This document shows, piece after piece, positions 11,342 to 21,819 of a stretch of 64,000 nucleotides of DNA (positions within the stretch are counted from its first letter, which is position 1; every line of letters starts with the position of its first letter). The stretch spans positions 1,280,001 through 1,344,000 of the forward strand of contig CAXVYR010000004.1 in assembly GCA_963666975.2 (NCBI GenBank), written 5' to 3'. Below the pieces are notes generated by a model that worked only from the letters and a program-made list of their open reading frames with translations, was not told the origin of the DNA and searched no databases. The translations under genes and the position numbers were made by a program. The stretch comes from Terriglobia bacterium (GTDB lineage: Bacteria; Acidobacteriota; Terriglobia; 2-12-FULL-54-10).

Positions 11342-14300
11342 ATGAGATTGTTCTGGAGGCGGGTTGCAGCAGAAGTGGAACGGCCAGGTTTGACTTTGCC
11401 GGCAGCAATTTTGGTCACGCTGCTTTTCTTGCCAACGACAGGGTTACCGGCACAGGAGACCGCTGCGACGGTGCGCGGCAGGGTGCAGACTCCCATGGGG
11501 GCCCCCATTCCTGAAACGACAGTGACGGCAAAAAACCTTGAGACGGGGCAGAACTACACAGTTACCAGCGACACGGAAGGACAGTTTGAAATTCTGCAGC
11601 TGGCCACCGGCAGCTATGAAGTCCAGGTTTCCCGGCCCGGCTTTGCCAGCCGGACGCAGAAAGGATTGCAACTGCGGGCTGGGCAGCCGGTCAGCCTGGA
11701 CTTTGTCCTGGAACGAGGTCCCGGACCCCAAGAGCGGATGGCCCAAGCTACTGGCGAGGGAACAGCAGAGCCTTCCTCCACCGCCACGGCGAACCGAATC
11801 AGCGAGAGCCAGCTGGCGGGACTGCCTCTCAACGGCCGGAGTTACAGCCAACTGGCCACCCTCCAAAGCGGGATCAGCGATCCATTTGGCGGTTCGGCCC
11901 AACGAGGGGGCGGCAGCGGGGGCCTGACTGTCGCCGGGGGACGCTCCACCTCAAACGTATTCTTGCTGGATGGGACCAACATTATGAATGTCGAGAATCG
12001 GGTCCCGCGCAGTGCGGCAGGCGGGCAACTGGGCTCGGATGCGGTATTCCAGGTTCAGATATTCAGCAGCAACTATGCGGCCGAGTATGGCCGTGGCAGC
12101 GGCGGCATCCTGAATTCTATTACCCGCTCCGGAACCCCGGAGTTCCACGGCACCTTTTTCGAGTTCTTTCGCAACAGCAAGCTCGATGCCCGTAATTTTT
12201 TTGACCCTGGGCCGGAGCCGACTCCCTTCAAACGCAACCAGTTCGGATTCACGCTCACCGGCCCGGTGATGAAAGATCGGACCTTTTTTATGGGGAGCTT
12301 TGAGGGGCTGCGCGACCGGCTGGCCAAGACGGAGATCGACTTCTTTCCAGACGAACTGGCCCGGCAGGGGATCATCACGGACAAAGCCGGAAAGCAGATT
12401 CGGACCGTCCCGGTGGCCCCGAGCGTGAAACCCTACCTGGCGCTTTATCCTCTACCCAACTCGGTCCCGCTGGGGGGGGGAGTCGGTGTAAACGCCGCCC
12501 CCCAGTTCCTGCCGTCCGATGAAAGCTATTTCACGGTTCGTGTGGATCACCAGGTCTCGGACCGGAACAGCCTTTTCGCTCGCTATACCTTTGATGACGC
12601 CAGCAGCCGGAGCGGATCGCCCTCCGTTGTCTTCTCAACGCTGACCAACAGCCGCCAGCAGTATCTGACCCTGGTGGACACACACATTTTTAATTCCCGT
12701 CTTTTGAACTCGCTCCGCCTGGGGTACACCCGGCCGGTGGATGCCTCCGAGAGTCTCTCCTCTATTGAGATTCCGCGTTCGCTGTTCTTTCTGCCTGATG
12801 CTCCCCAGTTTGGGTGGATTGATGTTCCCGGCATGACTGCTTTCGGTCCTTTTTTCGTCCAACCGGATATGAATATTATGAACACCTTTCAATTTGCAGA
12901 CGATATGGTGGTCCAGCGGGGAGCCCACGCGCTAAAGTTCGGATTCGAAGTCCATCGCTATCGCTGGGACATGGTCTCGAACTTTCTGACATCCGGCCAA
13001 TGGTCTTTCAACAGTTTGGACAGCTTTCTCCAGGCGGGACCGAGCGGGACCACCTTGCAGGTTGCTTTGCCCGGATCCGACAACAGGCGGAATTACCGCC
13101 AGACCCTGGCAGGCTTTTATGTTCAGGATGCCTATACGGTCAACCCCCATCTCCAGCTCAACCTGGGCCTTCGCTATGAATTTGCCACGGTCATCAGTGA
13201 TAAATTCGGCAAAACCGTTTTCCTCCGCGACCCGGTGCGGGACTCAGCGATTGAGGTCGGACGCCTTCTGGAGAACAATCCTTCGCTGCGCAATATTTCT
13301 CCCCGCCTGGGCATTCGCTGGTCTCCCGGCAGCAGCGGGAATACGGTGCTGAGTGGAGGCTTTGGGATTTACTACGATGAATTGCTCGAGCATGTGGTGG
13401 ATCGGCAGAAAAGCACGGCTCCTTTTTCCCAGATAGCAGTGAAACCCAACTTTGATTCCTCCGGGACGTTCCCTGACGCGGTGGCGGCCGGCACTGGAAC
13501 ACCCCTCCTGGCTCAGTCCCTGGACCGGAACACGACCACCCCGATGGTGCTGCGCTACAACTTCACGCTCCAACAGCAGCTCCCCGGAGACTGGCGAGCT
13601 CGAGCATCCTATGTGGGGGCCAGGGGCAACCATTTGTTTCGTGGCTACGAAGCCAACCTGTTTCCTGTTCCCATCACCCGGGACGACGGGTCGCTCTTCT
13701 TCTCCCCGAATTCCGGTCCGGTGAATCCCGCTTTCGGAGGGATTAATATTGTCAGCAGTGATGCGCAGTCCTTTTATAACTCTTTGCAGCTTTCCGCCAA
13801 CAAGAGCCTCAGCCAGGGAATTTCTTTGCAGGCCAGCTATACGTACAGCAAATCCGTGGATGACGCCTCCGTTCCCTTTTCGGATTCGGGTTCCGGCCAG
13901 TACGGGTTGTTGCGCGCTTTGGACCGGAGCCTATCGAATTTCGACATCCGCCACCGCCTGGTGCTGAACTACTTTTACACTCTCCCCTTGGGTAGTGGGC
14001 AGCAATGGTGGAATTCCGGGGTCCTTTCGCACATTTTTGGAGGCTGGCGGCTGGGAGGCATCCTGTCGTTTCGCACTGGGATCCCTTTCATCCCGCTGAC
14101 CAAAGTCCGCACTCCCGGGTTCCTGTTCGCCGCCAACCGGCCTGATTTGCTTTCCGGTCGGAGCAATAACCCCATAAAGGGCGTTACTGCCGGCTGCGGT
14201 TTTGATCCGATAACCGGCAAGTTTGTGGTAGAGCCAGGTCGGGAGTTGGGAACTCCGGAGCTGTATTTTGATCCCTGCGTGTATAAAGTGCCTGAGGAGG

Positions 14301-14581
14301 GCACCCTTGGCAATGCCGGGCGCAACACCCTGATCGCACCGAACGTGTTCAACGTCGATGTTTCCCTACAGCGGGAATTTTCCCTGGATGCCAAGCGGCG
14401 GCTTCAATTTCGAGCGGAATTTTTCAATCTGCCGAATCATACAAGTTTTGATCGCATTATCGGGGGTTCCAACCTGATCTTCTCGGGTGCGTCTGGCCGC
14501 CTCAATCCCAGCGCGGGAAGGCTTCATGGCACCGCCACCACCGCGCGCCAGATCCAGTTTGCCCTGCGATTTTCCTTCTAG
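11342..14581 (+). CDS. TonB-dependent transporter, Oar-like, with carboxypeptidase-regulatory-like N-domain
   Basis: LPLNGRSY.QLA, F.RNQFGF..GP, LNLGLRYE, NAGRN, R.IQFALRFSF C-terminus; start uncertain (ORF opens at 11201). Confidence 0.92.
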   Translation: MRLFWRRVAAEVERPGLTLPAAILVTLLFLPTTGLPAQETAATVRGRVQTPMGAPIPETTVTAKNLETGQNYTVTSDTEGQFEILQLATGSYEVQVSRPGFASRTQKGLQLRAGQPVSLDFVLERGPGPQERMAQATGEGTAEPSSTATANRISESQLAGLPLNGRSYSQLATLQSGISDPFGGSAQRGGGSGGLTVAGGRSTSNVFLLDGTNIMNVENRVPRSAAGGQLGSDAVFQVQIFSSNYAAEYGRGSGGILNSITRSGTPEFHGTFFEFFRNSKLDARNFFDPGPEPTPFKRNQFGFTLTGPVMKDRTFFMGSFEGLRDRLAKTEIDFFPDELARQGIITDKAGKQIRTVPVAPSVKPYLALYPLPNSVPLGGGVGVNAAPQFLPSDESYFTVRVDHQVSDRNSLFARYTFDDASSRSGSPSVVFSTLTNSRQQYLTLVDTHIFNSRLLNSLRLGYTRPVDASESLSSIEIPRSLFFLPDAPQFGWIDVPGMTAFGPFFVQPDMNIMNTFQFADDMVVQRGAHALKFGFEVHRYRWDMVSNFLTSGQWSFNSLDSFLQAGPSGTTLQVALPGSDNRRNYRQTLAGFYVQDAYTVNPHLQLNLGLRYEFATVISDKFGKTVFLRDPVRDSAIEVGRLLENNPSLRNISPRLGIRWSPGSSGNTVLSGGFGIYYDELLEHVVDRQKSTAPFSQIAVKPNFDSSGTFPDAVAAGTGTPLLAQSLDRNTTTPMVLRYNFTLQQQLPGDWRARASYVGARGNHLFRGYEANLFPVPITRDDGSLFFSPNSGPVNPAFGGINIVSSDAQSFYNSLQLSANKSLSQGISLQASYTYSKSVDDASVPFSDSGSGQYGLLRALDRSLSNFDIRHRLVLNYFYTLPLGSGQQWWNSGVLSHIFGGWRLGGILSFRTGIPFIPLTKVRTPGFLFAANRPDLLSGRSNNPIKGVTAGCGFDPITGKFVVEPGRELGTPELYFDPCVYKVPEEGTLGNAGRNTLIAPNVFNVDVSLQREFSLDAKRRLQFRAEFFNLPNHTSFDRIIGGSNLIFSGASGRLNPSAGRLHGTATTARQIQFALRFSF

Positions 14582-14876
14582 ACCAATTTCAGAGTTGGTG
14601 TAGAGTGCTTCATAGCCCTGCAAGGGCAGCAGAATCTAGCCCGGGGCGTAAGCCCTGGGACAACGGAGATCGGTATTACCCCAAGCCCCGGAGGGGCGCA
14701 AGACGCTCCGGCCCTCTTCTTTCGCCCCCTTCGGCAAGCTCAGGGCAGGCTCTTCCGGGGCTGATCCGGCGTGGCCTTTCCTACCCACGGCTGGCGCCGT
14801 GGGCTAAACTCTTGCGCCCCTCTGGGGCTTCACGAGCGTTCTGGAAAGCTATACAGCAACTATGAATTTGCTCTAA
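14578..14876. mobile_element. MITE-like element A carrying a REP/BIME cluster
   Basis: CTAG and CTAA flanks; ~24-bp TIR (ACCAATTTCAGAGTTGGTGTAGAG versus AGCAAATTCATAGTTGCTGTATAG on the reverse strand); internal palindromes such as CCCACGGCTGGCGCCGTGGG. Confidence 0.75.
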
Positions 14877-15027
14877 ACTCTTCAAAGCCTTCTGGAGTGG
14901 CGCTTTCCAGCGGCGTGTAAGCAAAGTCGTGCATAAGGGTCTTCTGAGAAGTAGCCGTTACTTGCCCGGCCATGCGTCCTGTCAAAAACAGCACAGTTCC
15001 CGCCACGAACAGCGTGAGCCTTCTCAT
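14877..15027 (-). pseudogene. truncated secreted protein, possibly Dabb-like, cut by element A
   Basis: Signal peptide MRRLTLFVAGTVLFLTG then KTLMHDFAYTPLESATPEGFEEF, running into the MITE TIR. Confidence 0.5.
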
Positions 15028-15206
15028 GAGTAATTCCGACATATGGTCCCTCCTCGCACAATCCGACTGGTTCGAAAAGTTGCCAACAGTTGTGAGATTC
15101 CACCTCCTAGACAGAAGTTCCAATGAGTGATTGAGGTTAGGTAAATTCTAGGCGACAAGGGAGGACCGATCTGCCAAATCTGAGGTGCAATCACGTGACG
15201 TGCGGG

Positions 15207-15839
15207 CTACATCTGCGAGACCGCGAACCCGTCCACATGAACCTCAAGGTGGTGATTGACCCGGATGCCATAGATGCCGTCGGTCTTCGCCGTCGGCCCG
15301 GTCTTTGGCGTCGTGTGCACGATCTTGCCGTTGACGACGTAATCGATCTTGTCGCCCATGACGCGCACTTCTAGCGCGTTGGTAGACTTGCCACCAGCGT
15401 CGGGCGTCTTCACGGTGTCGCTGGCCGTTTTCGCCGTCACAGTTGGCGCTGAGGAGTCACCGTCTCGGCGTTTGATGAGCCATGTCCCATCCTGCGCTAC
15501 CATGAAATAGAGGTAGTTCTGCCCCGAACCTTCGAGATCGCTCCCGCCGAACACGAGGCCGTAGTAGTTTGTATGGTCGCTCGGCTTCATGAGAGTGAAT
15601 GTTCCCTTGAGCGAGTAATTCCCTGTGACCGTATGGGCCGGGTTCCAGTAGACGGCCGCCTGGGGGTTGGTCGCATGGAAGCCCGTGCCCATCGTGACGA
15701 ACTTGATGTCGCCCGCAGCGTCGGGGTCCGACGCGCTCGTGCTGCGATCGACGCGCAACATCCAGTCGACCGGGGTCTGAGCGACAAGTGGTACGACGGT
15801 GAGCAGCGCGAGCGCCGCAAAAGCAATATAACTTGTCAT
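15207..15839 (-). CDS. secreted beta-sandwich protein (DUF1080/concanavalin-like), hypothetical
   Basis: Signal peptide, GAGGA RBS, beta-rich with YGL.FGG, NALEVRV.G..I.Y.VNG, G.YGIRVNH. Confidence 0.7.
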   Translation of the reverse strand: MTSYIAFAALALLTVVPLVAQTPVDWMLRVDRSTSASDPDAAGDIKFVTMGTGFHATNPQAAVYWNPAHTVTGNYSLKGTFTLMKPSDHTNYYGLVFGGSDLEGSGQNYLYFMVAQDGTWLIKRRDGDSSAPTVTAKTASDTVKTPDAGGKSTNALEVRVMGDKIDYVVNGKIVHTTPKTGPTAKTDGIYGIRVNHHLEVHVDGFAVSQM

Positions 15840-16186
15840 TTGTATTCCTCCTCGGGCCTCAAACTAAGAGATTTCTGGATTAGGATATCATAACTACACA
15901 CCCGCTCTACCTGCGAGTTATGGCCACGGATCTCGCCGAACCAGTTCCCTTCCTTGGATGCCAACGAATACAGTCACCTAACGCCGCAGTTCTCTCCGGT
16001 CTGGCAGCTAATTCCTGTGGAGTCTTAGTGTAGTCTCCATCTCGGACACTGGCGGCATGGATCGGCGCCAGTCCCTCATCACTTGGCGGTGCGTGACCTT
16101 GAGCTGATTCAGGAACTGGCATAGATCGTCGTCAGGCGGAACCACCCATAATCACCTATAATGGGGCTGATCGCCGTGATGCTGGG

Positions 16187-17290
16187 ATGATCTACCGAAT
16201 CCACCGCCGGACGCGCCTCGTCGTTTTCACTATTTGTGTCGTCGCCGCAATGGCAGTGTCGGCCGTTCGGCTCCAAATCCAGCCGACTCCGGTGCCGTTC
16301 GCGAAGCTCGTCGAGGAACTCTCCGAGCCGAGCGGATATTTCGACACCGACAATCTCATTTCAAACGAAAAATCGTACCTGCACGTCATGCCGCATCTCG
16401 AGCAGCGCGGTATCATAGGCGGCATCTACATCGGCGTTGGCCCCGATCAGAACTTTTCCTACATCGCTCGCATCCGCCCCACAGTCGCGTTCATCGTCGA
16501 CATCCGGCGCGACAACTTGCTGCAGCACCTGCTGTTCAAGGCTCTATTCGCGACAGCGCGAAACCGCATGGAATACTTGAGCCTGCTGACCGGCAGGCCC
16601 GTTCCCGACGGTGTCGAGAGCTGGCGCGATGCCAGCATCGACCGGATCGTCGCCTACATTGATGGCACAAGGCCGTCGGCCACGCTCGCGCTCGACCGGC
16701 GGCTCCATGACGTCATCCAGCGGTTCGGCATCCCGGTATCGGTCAAGGAGTATGCGACCATCGACCAGTTTCATGCGGCTTTTGTCAACTCGGGACTGTC
16801 GCTTCGGTTTCAGTCTTTTGGGAGACCAACGCAAAGCTACAACCCAACCTATCGCGAGCTGCTGACCGAGACCGACCAGGAGGGTCGCCAGTTGAGCTAC
16901 CTCGCGTCAGAAGACGACTTCCAGTTTGTCCGCTCCCTGCAGCGACGCGACGGCGTAATTCCGGTTGTGGGCGATTTCGGCGGGACGCACGCCTTGGCTG
17001 CGATTGGGCGCTGGATGACGGAGCACGATGAGCGCCTGTCGGCCTTCTACGTATCGAACGTGGAGAATTATCTGTTCCGCAACGGCAACTTTGGGCGGTA
17101 TATGGAAAACCTGAACCGCTTCCCTCATACCGATCGAAGCGTGATTATCCGGTCGATCTTCGGCCGGTTGGCGCGGTCCGTGTCGGCGCCCGGCTACTAT
17201 AGCGCGTCGATCGTGCAGGATCTCGATGAATTGCTCGCGAACTTCTCAGCCGGGAAGTATCGAACCTACTCAGATCTCTTGCGCCGATGA
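16187..17290 (+). CDS. conserved exported hypothetical protein, possible SAM-methyltransferase-like fold
   Basis: N-terminal hydrophobic leader; SEP.GYFDTDNLISNE, GG.YIGVGPDQNFSYI, FY.SNVE.YL blocks. Confidence 0.7.
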   Translation: MIYRIHRRTRLVVFTICVVAAMAVSAVRLQIQPTPVPFAKLVEELSEPSGYFDTDNLISNEKSYLHVMPHLEQRGIIGGIYIGVGPDQNFSYIARIRPTVAFIVDIRRDNLLQHLLFKALFATARNRMEYLSLLTGRPVPDGVESWRDASIDRIVAYIDGTRPSATLALDRRLHDVIQRFGIPVSVKEYATIDQFHAAFVNSGLSLRFQSFGRPTQSYNPTYRELLTETDQEGRQLSYLASEDDFQFVRSLQRRDGVIPVVGDFGGTHALAAIGRWMTEHDERLSAFYVSNVENYLFRNGNFGRYMENLNRFPHTDRSVIIRSIFGRLARSVSAPGYYSASIVQDLDELLANFSAGKYRTYSDLLRR

Positions 17291-17420
17291 ACTCCACCGA
17301 TTCAACAGAAGAGCGAACACGAGCGATGGATAGGTGCGGCCGTTGTACGTCCAGTGGTCGACCCCTGAGGCCAGAGAACCATTCCTAAACAGTAGGCGAC
17401 TGGGGGGGAGTGATCTGGGA

Positions 17421-17636
17421 CTAGACCTGTTTTAGAGTTCATGTATCCCATATTGAGTTCTTGTCAGGGCGCGGTTTGACGGGGACCCCGTGAGGCAGCG
17501 GTAAACCCAGCTTTGGTTGCCCCCCTAGCGTTCGGGGACCGCTTGCTAGAGCCTGCCCTGAGCCATGTCCCGAGCGAAGCCGAGGGATTGCCGAAGGGCG
17601 CGCGGCTCTGACTATGCACGAACCGTGAAAGTCTAG
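17421..17636. repeat. REP cluster / degenerate MITE B with nested small repeats
   Basis: CTAGAC...GTCTAG ends; REP doublet with GAGCCTGCCCTGAGC..GCCGAAGGG and TGTCCCGAGCGAAGCCGAGGG nested inside. Confidence 0.6.
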
Positions 17637-19114
17637 AACGTCACCAAAGTTTGCAAGTAACCGAACTGCGAGGCCTGTGACCCCTGGGTGCCGCGGGCAA
17701 ACTCTCCCGGCAGAAACACCGAGTACCCTGCCAGCATCCTGACCTGCTCATAAAGAGGAAAGGCAAGCGTCAGGTCAATTTCGTGTCCCAGGTCGGTGCC
17801 GAGCAGGCCGGTGGGATCAATTCCCAGCACCTTGCCGCCTGCGTTCTTCCAAGCGCCTCGCTCCTCGGCGAGCAGCAGGCGGTGATAGCTTACCTGAGTG
17901 CGGACGTTGGCCCGAGGCAGGAAGGCGAAGTAGGGTTTGAAATCCTGCATGTTCCGCCACCCCATGTAATCCCCATAGCCATAGTGAAGATGGTTGGTGG
18001 GGAAAAGGTTGTGGAACTCCCCAGAACGGCCGTCCTGCGGGTCGCTGTCTCCGGTGGCAAAGTCATACTCAAAACCAAACTCCGGCGAGAAGCGCGCAGC
18101 AAACCGGTAACGGGCGCTGGCAGCCACCGCTGCGGCACGGTGCGTATCGGGACCCCGCTGGCCCGCTTGGTAGGCGCTCTCCATGTCGTACCTAAAACCG
18201 CTTTGAAAAGCGGCAAAGTGCCGGAACCCGAGCGTGACGATTCGTGTTGCTTCCGGGAGAGACGCAGATGCTTCGCCGCCAATCTCCCGCCCATCCCGGA
18301 GATACAACACATAGGGTTCCAAACCCATTCCGGAGGCGCTGGGACCGATTCGGGTATACAAGCCGATCAAATCCTGGCTGCCGTCGCCACGGTTCGAGTT
18401 GCGGCGGTCGGTCACGCGGCTGAAAAGAAACTCCGAGGACCACTGCGGCGCGGCATAGGTCAGCTTCAAGGCGTCAAATGACCGGCCGATATTGTTCCAG
18501 CCAAACGCCCCGATGAGCCGCTGGTTGCCGTAGCTCACCTCCTGGCGGCCCAGCCGCAGGCTCAGCCGCGGATGCAGAAACTCGTCCACCTGGAAGTATG
18601 CCTGATGCAGGTCGATGTTGGACTCGTTCGACGCCGTAGAGCCCTCCTGACCCCAGAGGCGCGAGTCCTGCAACTGAACCAGGCCGGAGAGGTTCTCGCT
18701 CAGCCGGAGGCGGGCATTCAGCCGGATGCGTTGCAGCACGACGTTATTCACCGGATTGGTTTCCGTGAAGTTGCTGCGGGACTCGGGACGAAACCTGATT
18801 TGCGCGCCGAAAGTGACCCGCTGCGGAGGAGCTTCCGTCGGCGCGGCTGGGGCGGTTGCGGCTGCCTGCAGCGGCGGAGACCCGCTCCCGGCAGGGCCGG
18901 CGCTTTCGAGACTTGCCAGGCGGTCCCTCAGGCTCTGGTTCTCCTGTTCGAGCGCAGCCTGCCGCTGTTCCAATTGGGCGAGCCTTTGGATCAGGGATTC
19001 CATATCGTTCTCGTTGCCCTGCGCCAGCCCGGAGGTGGTAAACAAACCAGTGACCGGGATAAATATAAAGATGCTAAAAATCGCAAATTGCTTCCAGCAG
19101 GTTGGGTGATTCAT
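17633..19114 (-). CDS. alginate-export (AlgE-like) outer-membrane porin with N-terminal coiled coil
   Basis: Signal peptide, coiled coil, Q.QDSR.WG, LHQAY, LGRQE..YG.QRLIG..GW.N.GRSFD, F.NLFPTNH motifs; terminal Phe. Confidence 0.88.
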   Translation of the reverse strand: MNHPTCWKQFAIFSIFIFIPVTGLFTTSGLAQGNENDMESLIQRLAQLEQRQAALEQENQSLRDRLASLESAGPAGSGSPPLQAAATAPAAPTEAPPQRVTFGAQIRFRPESRSNFTETNPVNNVVLQRIRLNARLRLSENLSGLVQLQDSRLWGQEGSTASNESNIDLHQAYFQVDEFLHPRLSLRLGRQEVSYGNQRLIGAFGWNNIGRSFDALKLTYAAPQWSSEFLFSRVTDRRNSNRGDGSQDLIGLYTRIGPSASGMGLEPYVLYLRDGREIGGEASASLPEATRIVTLGFRHFAAFQSGFRYDMESAYQAGQRGPDTHRAAAVAASARYRFAARFSPEFGFEYDFATGDSDPQDGRSGEFHNLFPTNHLHYGYGDYMGWRNMQDFKPYFAFLPRANVRTQVSYHRLLLAEERGAWKNAGGKVLGIDPTGLLGTDLGHEIDLTLAFPLYEQVRMLAGYSVFLPGEFARGTQGSQASQFGYLQTLVTF

Positions 19115-19197
19115 TTTCGCCTCATTCTTAGGATGGATCAAGTTGGAATGGAGCATCCCCCACAGGCGCAAGTTTCCAGGCGAAGCTGCCTGGGACA

Positions 19198-19368
19198 CTA
19201 GAGCGGATCCCCAGTTGTTATAGACCGGTTCCGAGCCGCGACCGTGAGGGAGCGGGTCCAAAAATAACTCAACCGACCAGCATTTGTGACCGCTTGCTTA
19301 CGCGCGCGGCTCGGATTGGCTCGGCTTCCGGTGAACCTTGGTCTACACTATCGCGAGAACCGCTCTAG
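19198..19368. mobile_element. MITE-like element C with REP doublet
   Basis: CTAG at both ends; TIR AGCGG.TC.C..G.T.GT..TAGACC; REPs at 19233-19255 and 19290-19312. Confidence 0.75.
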
Positions 19369-19449
19369 TCAGGTTCCTATGGGAACAGGGCTGGGCACCG
19401 GTTCAAGACCGGGTTCCGTATTTTCGCATTTATATTTCCTCCAGCGAGT

Positions 19450-20661
19450 TTAATTATGATATTGGAGGCTTTCCCTTAAATAGGGATCATTTACCGGAAC
19501 CAGGGGCGCTTGCCGCACGGCGCGAAGAAACACAATTAAGAACAGCCCCACTGCTCCTAGAATCGCGCCTACCTCCCAAACTCCAAAAACCGGAACCGGA
19601 CCCACCGTCGGAGGAAAAATCATGAGATAAACATCCAGCCACCGGCCCGCCAGGATGACGATGGCGACCTTGCCCAATACCGCTGGATTTCGCTTGGCCG
19701 ACCGGGGCAGAAGCACCAGGAAAGGAATAACCCAGTTGAGAAATATATTCAGAAGGAAAACAGGTTCCCAGAACTTGTGGAGCCGGTGAACGAAGTAGAT
19801 GGTCTCCTCGGGAATGTTCGCATACCAAACCAGCATGTACTGGCAGAACCAGATGTACATCCAAAAGGTGCTGAAGACGAACAGAAGTTTGCCCAGATCA
19901 TGAAAATGTTCCTCGTTCACAAAGTCCCGCAGCGGACCGGAGCTTCTTAACCAGATCAGCAAAAGAATCAGCGCGGCCAATCCTCCCGAGAACAGGCCGG
20001 CAAAGTTATACACGCCGAAAATGGTGCTGTACCAGTCTGGCTCGAGCGACATGATCCAATCGAAACTGGCCAGCGAGAACGTCACCGCAAAAACAACCAG
20101 AAACAGCGCAGAAAAACGCACGTTCCTGCGGGTGTGGCTGAAATCGCCGTCGCGGTCCTGACGCCGGGAGGTACGAACAATCACATAGGCCAGCGCGATC
20201 CAAAGAAGCAGATACACGGCGGAACGAATCCAAAAAAATGGAAGAGTCAGCCAGGCTGCCTTAAAGCCCGCCAAAGGTTCCGCGCCTTCCGATCCTCCAA
20301 CCCAGGAATACATCGACGGCTGGAGGAGGAAAACCGTTGCCAGTCCCAAAGCGGCCACGGGCAGCACCGCCGACATCGCCTCCGGCACCCGCCGCAGGGC
20401 CACGCTCCAACTGGCGCCGATGACGTATTGCAAGGCCACGAAGAATACGGCAGACAACCCGATTCCCACCAGAAGGTACCAGCCCAGAAGAAAGTTCGGC
20501 CAAAAGCGGTCCGGGGCGAGAATGGCGCCTGCCAAAAGAATCGCGCCTCCCAGGATGGCCACAGATTGAATCTGGCGCACCGTCTTTGCGGAGGGCCGAA
20601 AGTCGCTGAGGTTCGCCGTGTCTAGGTTCCTGGTCTCTAGGTTCCTGATCTCTGGATTCAT
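19450..20661 (-). CDS. actF: alternative complex III subunit F
   Basis: Polytopic membrane protein with W...LRR.PEA, DW.MSLEP.WYSTIFG, HDLGKL.F.FS.FW.Y.WF.Q..L.WYANIPEE. Confidence 0.9.
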   Translation of the reverse strand: MNPEIRNLETRNLDTANLSDFRPSAKTVRQIQSVAILGGAILLAGAILAPDRFWPNFLLGWYLLVGIGLSAVFFVALQYVIGASWSVALRRVPEAMSAVLPVAALGLATVFLLQPSMYSWVGGSEGAEPLAGFKAAWLTLPFFWIRSAVYLLLWIALAYVIVRTSRRQDRDGDFSHTRRNVRFSALFLVVFAVTFSLASFDWIMSLEPDWYSTIFGVYNFAGLFSGGLAALILLLIWLRSSGPLRDFVNEEHFHDLGKLLFVFSTFWMYIWFCQYMLVWYANIPEETIYFVHRLHKFWEPVFLLNIFLNWVIPFLVLLPRSAKRNPAVLGKVAIVILAGRWLDVYLMIFPPTVGPVPVFGVWEVGAILGAVGLFLIVFLRAVRQAPLVPVNDPYLRESLQYHN

Positions 20662-21248
20662 CGTGTCTCTGCTTCTTCCGCGCTCTGCTGCTGTAGCGAA
20701 CGAACGTACAAGATAGTTTTCCAACGGTCTTCCCGGGAAAGCTGCGAGGCATAAGAAGGCATGTTGCCCTGGCCAAAGCTGAGAATTTGAAACATCTGGC
20801 CGTCCTTCATGCGGACGGCTTTTTCTTCCATCAACGACGCCGGCGGAGGAAAGCCCCGCAAGACAACCAGCCCGTCGCCCTTTCCCGAAACGCCGTGGCA
20901 GGGCACGCAGAAAGTAGCGTACATCCGGGCTCCCCGCTCCACGGAGGGTTCTTCTTCTAAAGAAAATGGGTTCACCAATTCTTGTCCTGCCCGGAGGGCG
21001 TCCTCCAGCGTGGGCGCGTATTGCAGGGGAAGCGCACCGCGCGGGATGGTGCCCGGCACCGGCATCTGCAGGGTTTTCCCGTCCGCAAAGTTCAGGTTGG
21101 GCGAGAAGGCGTCGTAGGGGATGGAATGGACCATCTCGGGCAGAAATTCGCGATTGGGTTGCGAAGCGTCCTGCCCGGCGCCGAAGTTCAAACCGAAGGA
21201 GGCGATGAGGGCGCAGAGAAGCAATATGTTTACACCGCGAAGCGACAT
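20658..21248 (-). CDS. actE: alternative complex III monoheme cytochrome c subunit E
   Basis: CVPCH heme motif; PVPGTIPRG, G.G.MPSYA, DRW....YVR.LQ. Confidence 0.9.
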   Translation of the reverse strand: MSLRGVNILLLCALIASFGLNFGAGQDASQPNREFLPEMVHSIPYDAFSPNLNFADGKTLQMPVPGTIPRGALPLQYAPTLEDALRAGQELVNPFSLEEEPSVERGARMYATFCVPCHGVSGKGDGLVVLRGFPPPASLMEEKAVRMKDGQMFQILSFGQGNMPSYASQLSREDRWKTILYVRSLQQQSAEEAETR

Positions 21249-21300
21249 CCGAAAATCTCCTGTGATTCAGCTTTTCATTCGATTCCTATTCGATCGATTC

Positions 21301-21819
21301 CTATTCGACGCGTTCTTCAATTGCAACAGCGTTGAAGTTTCCCAGTAACTGTTGCACCTTGGCCAAGTCAAAATCGCCGCCGGTTTGTTCCAGGATGAGC
21401 GCAAAGCGGTCGTTGGTCACCCGGGGCGCGGCCAGCACTGCCTTTCTTCCGGGAAGCAGCCGGCTCACTGCGAAAAATGCGATCACGGTGCTCACGCCGG
21501 CAAACAGCACCATAATCTCAAAGGTCAGCGGGACGAACGCCGGAAGGGAGTCCCAAGGCTTGCCTCCGACGTTAACAGGCCAGTCCATCGCCGAGGCCCA
21601 GTATTCGAACCCTACCTTGGCGGCGGCGCCGAACAATCCCAACAGGAAACAGACCCAGGGCAACCGCGAGGGCGACAGGCCCATCGCTTTGTCCAGGCCG
21701 TGCACGGCGTAGGGAGCGTAGACATCCACAATTTTCAAGCTCCGGAGCCGCACCGCGCGGGTTGCGCCCAAGATGTCTTCTTCGTGTTCAAAGGTTGCGG
21801 CCAGCAGTCGGCGACTCAT
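21301..21819 (-). CDS. actD: alternative complex III subunit D (DUF3341)
   Basis: DVY.PY.VHGLD, DWP.NVGGKP..S.PAFVP..FE motifs; ATGA overlap with actC. Confidence 0.9.
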   Translation of the reverse strand: MSRRLLAATFEHEEDILGATRAVRLRSLKIVDVYAPYAVHGLDKAMGLSPSRLPWVCFLLGLFGAAAKVGFEYWASAMDWPVNVGGKPWDSLPAFVPLTFEIMVLFAGVSTVIAFFAVSRLLPGRKAVLAAPRVTNDRFALILEQTGGDFDLAKVQQLLGNFNAVAIEERVE

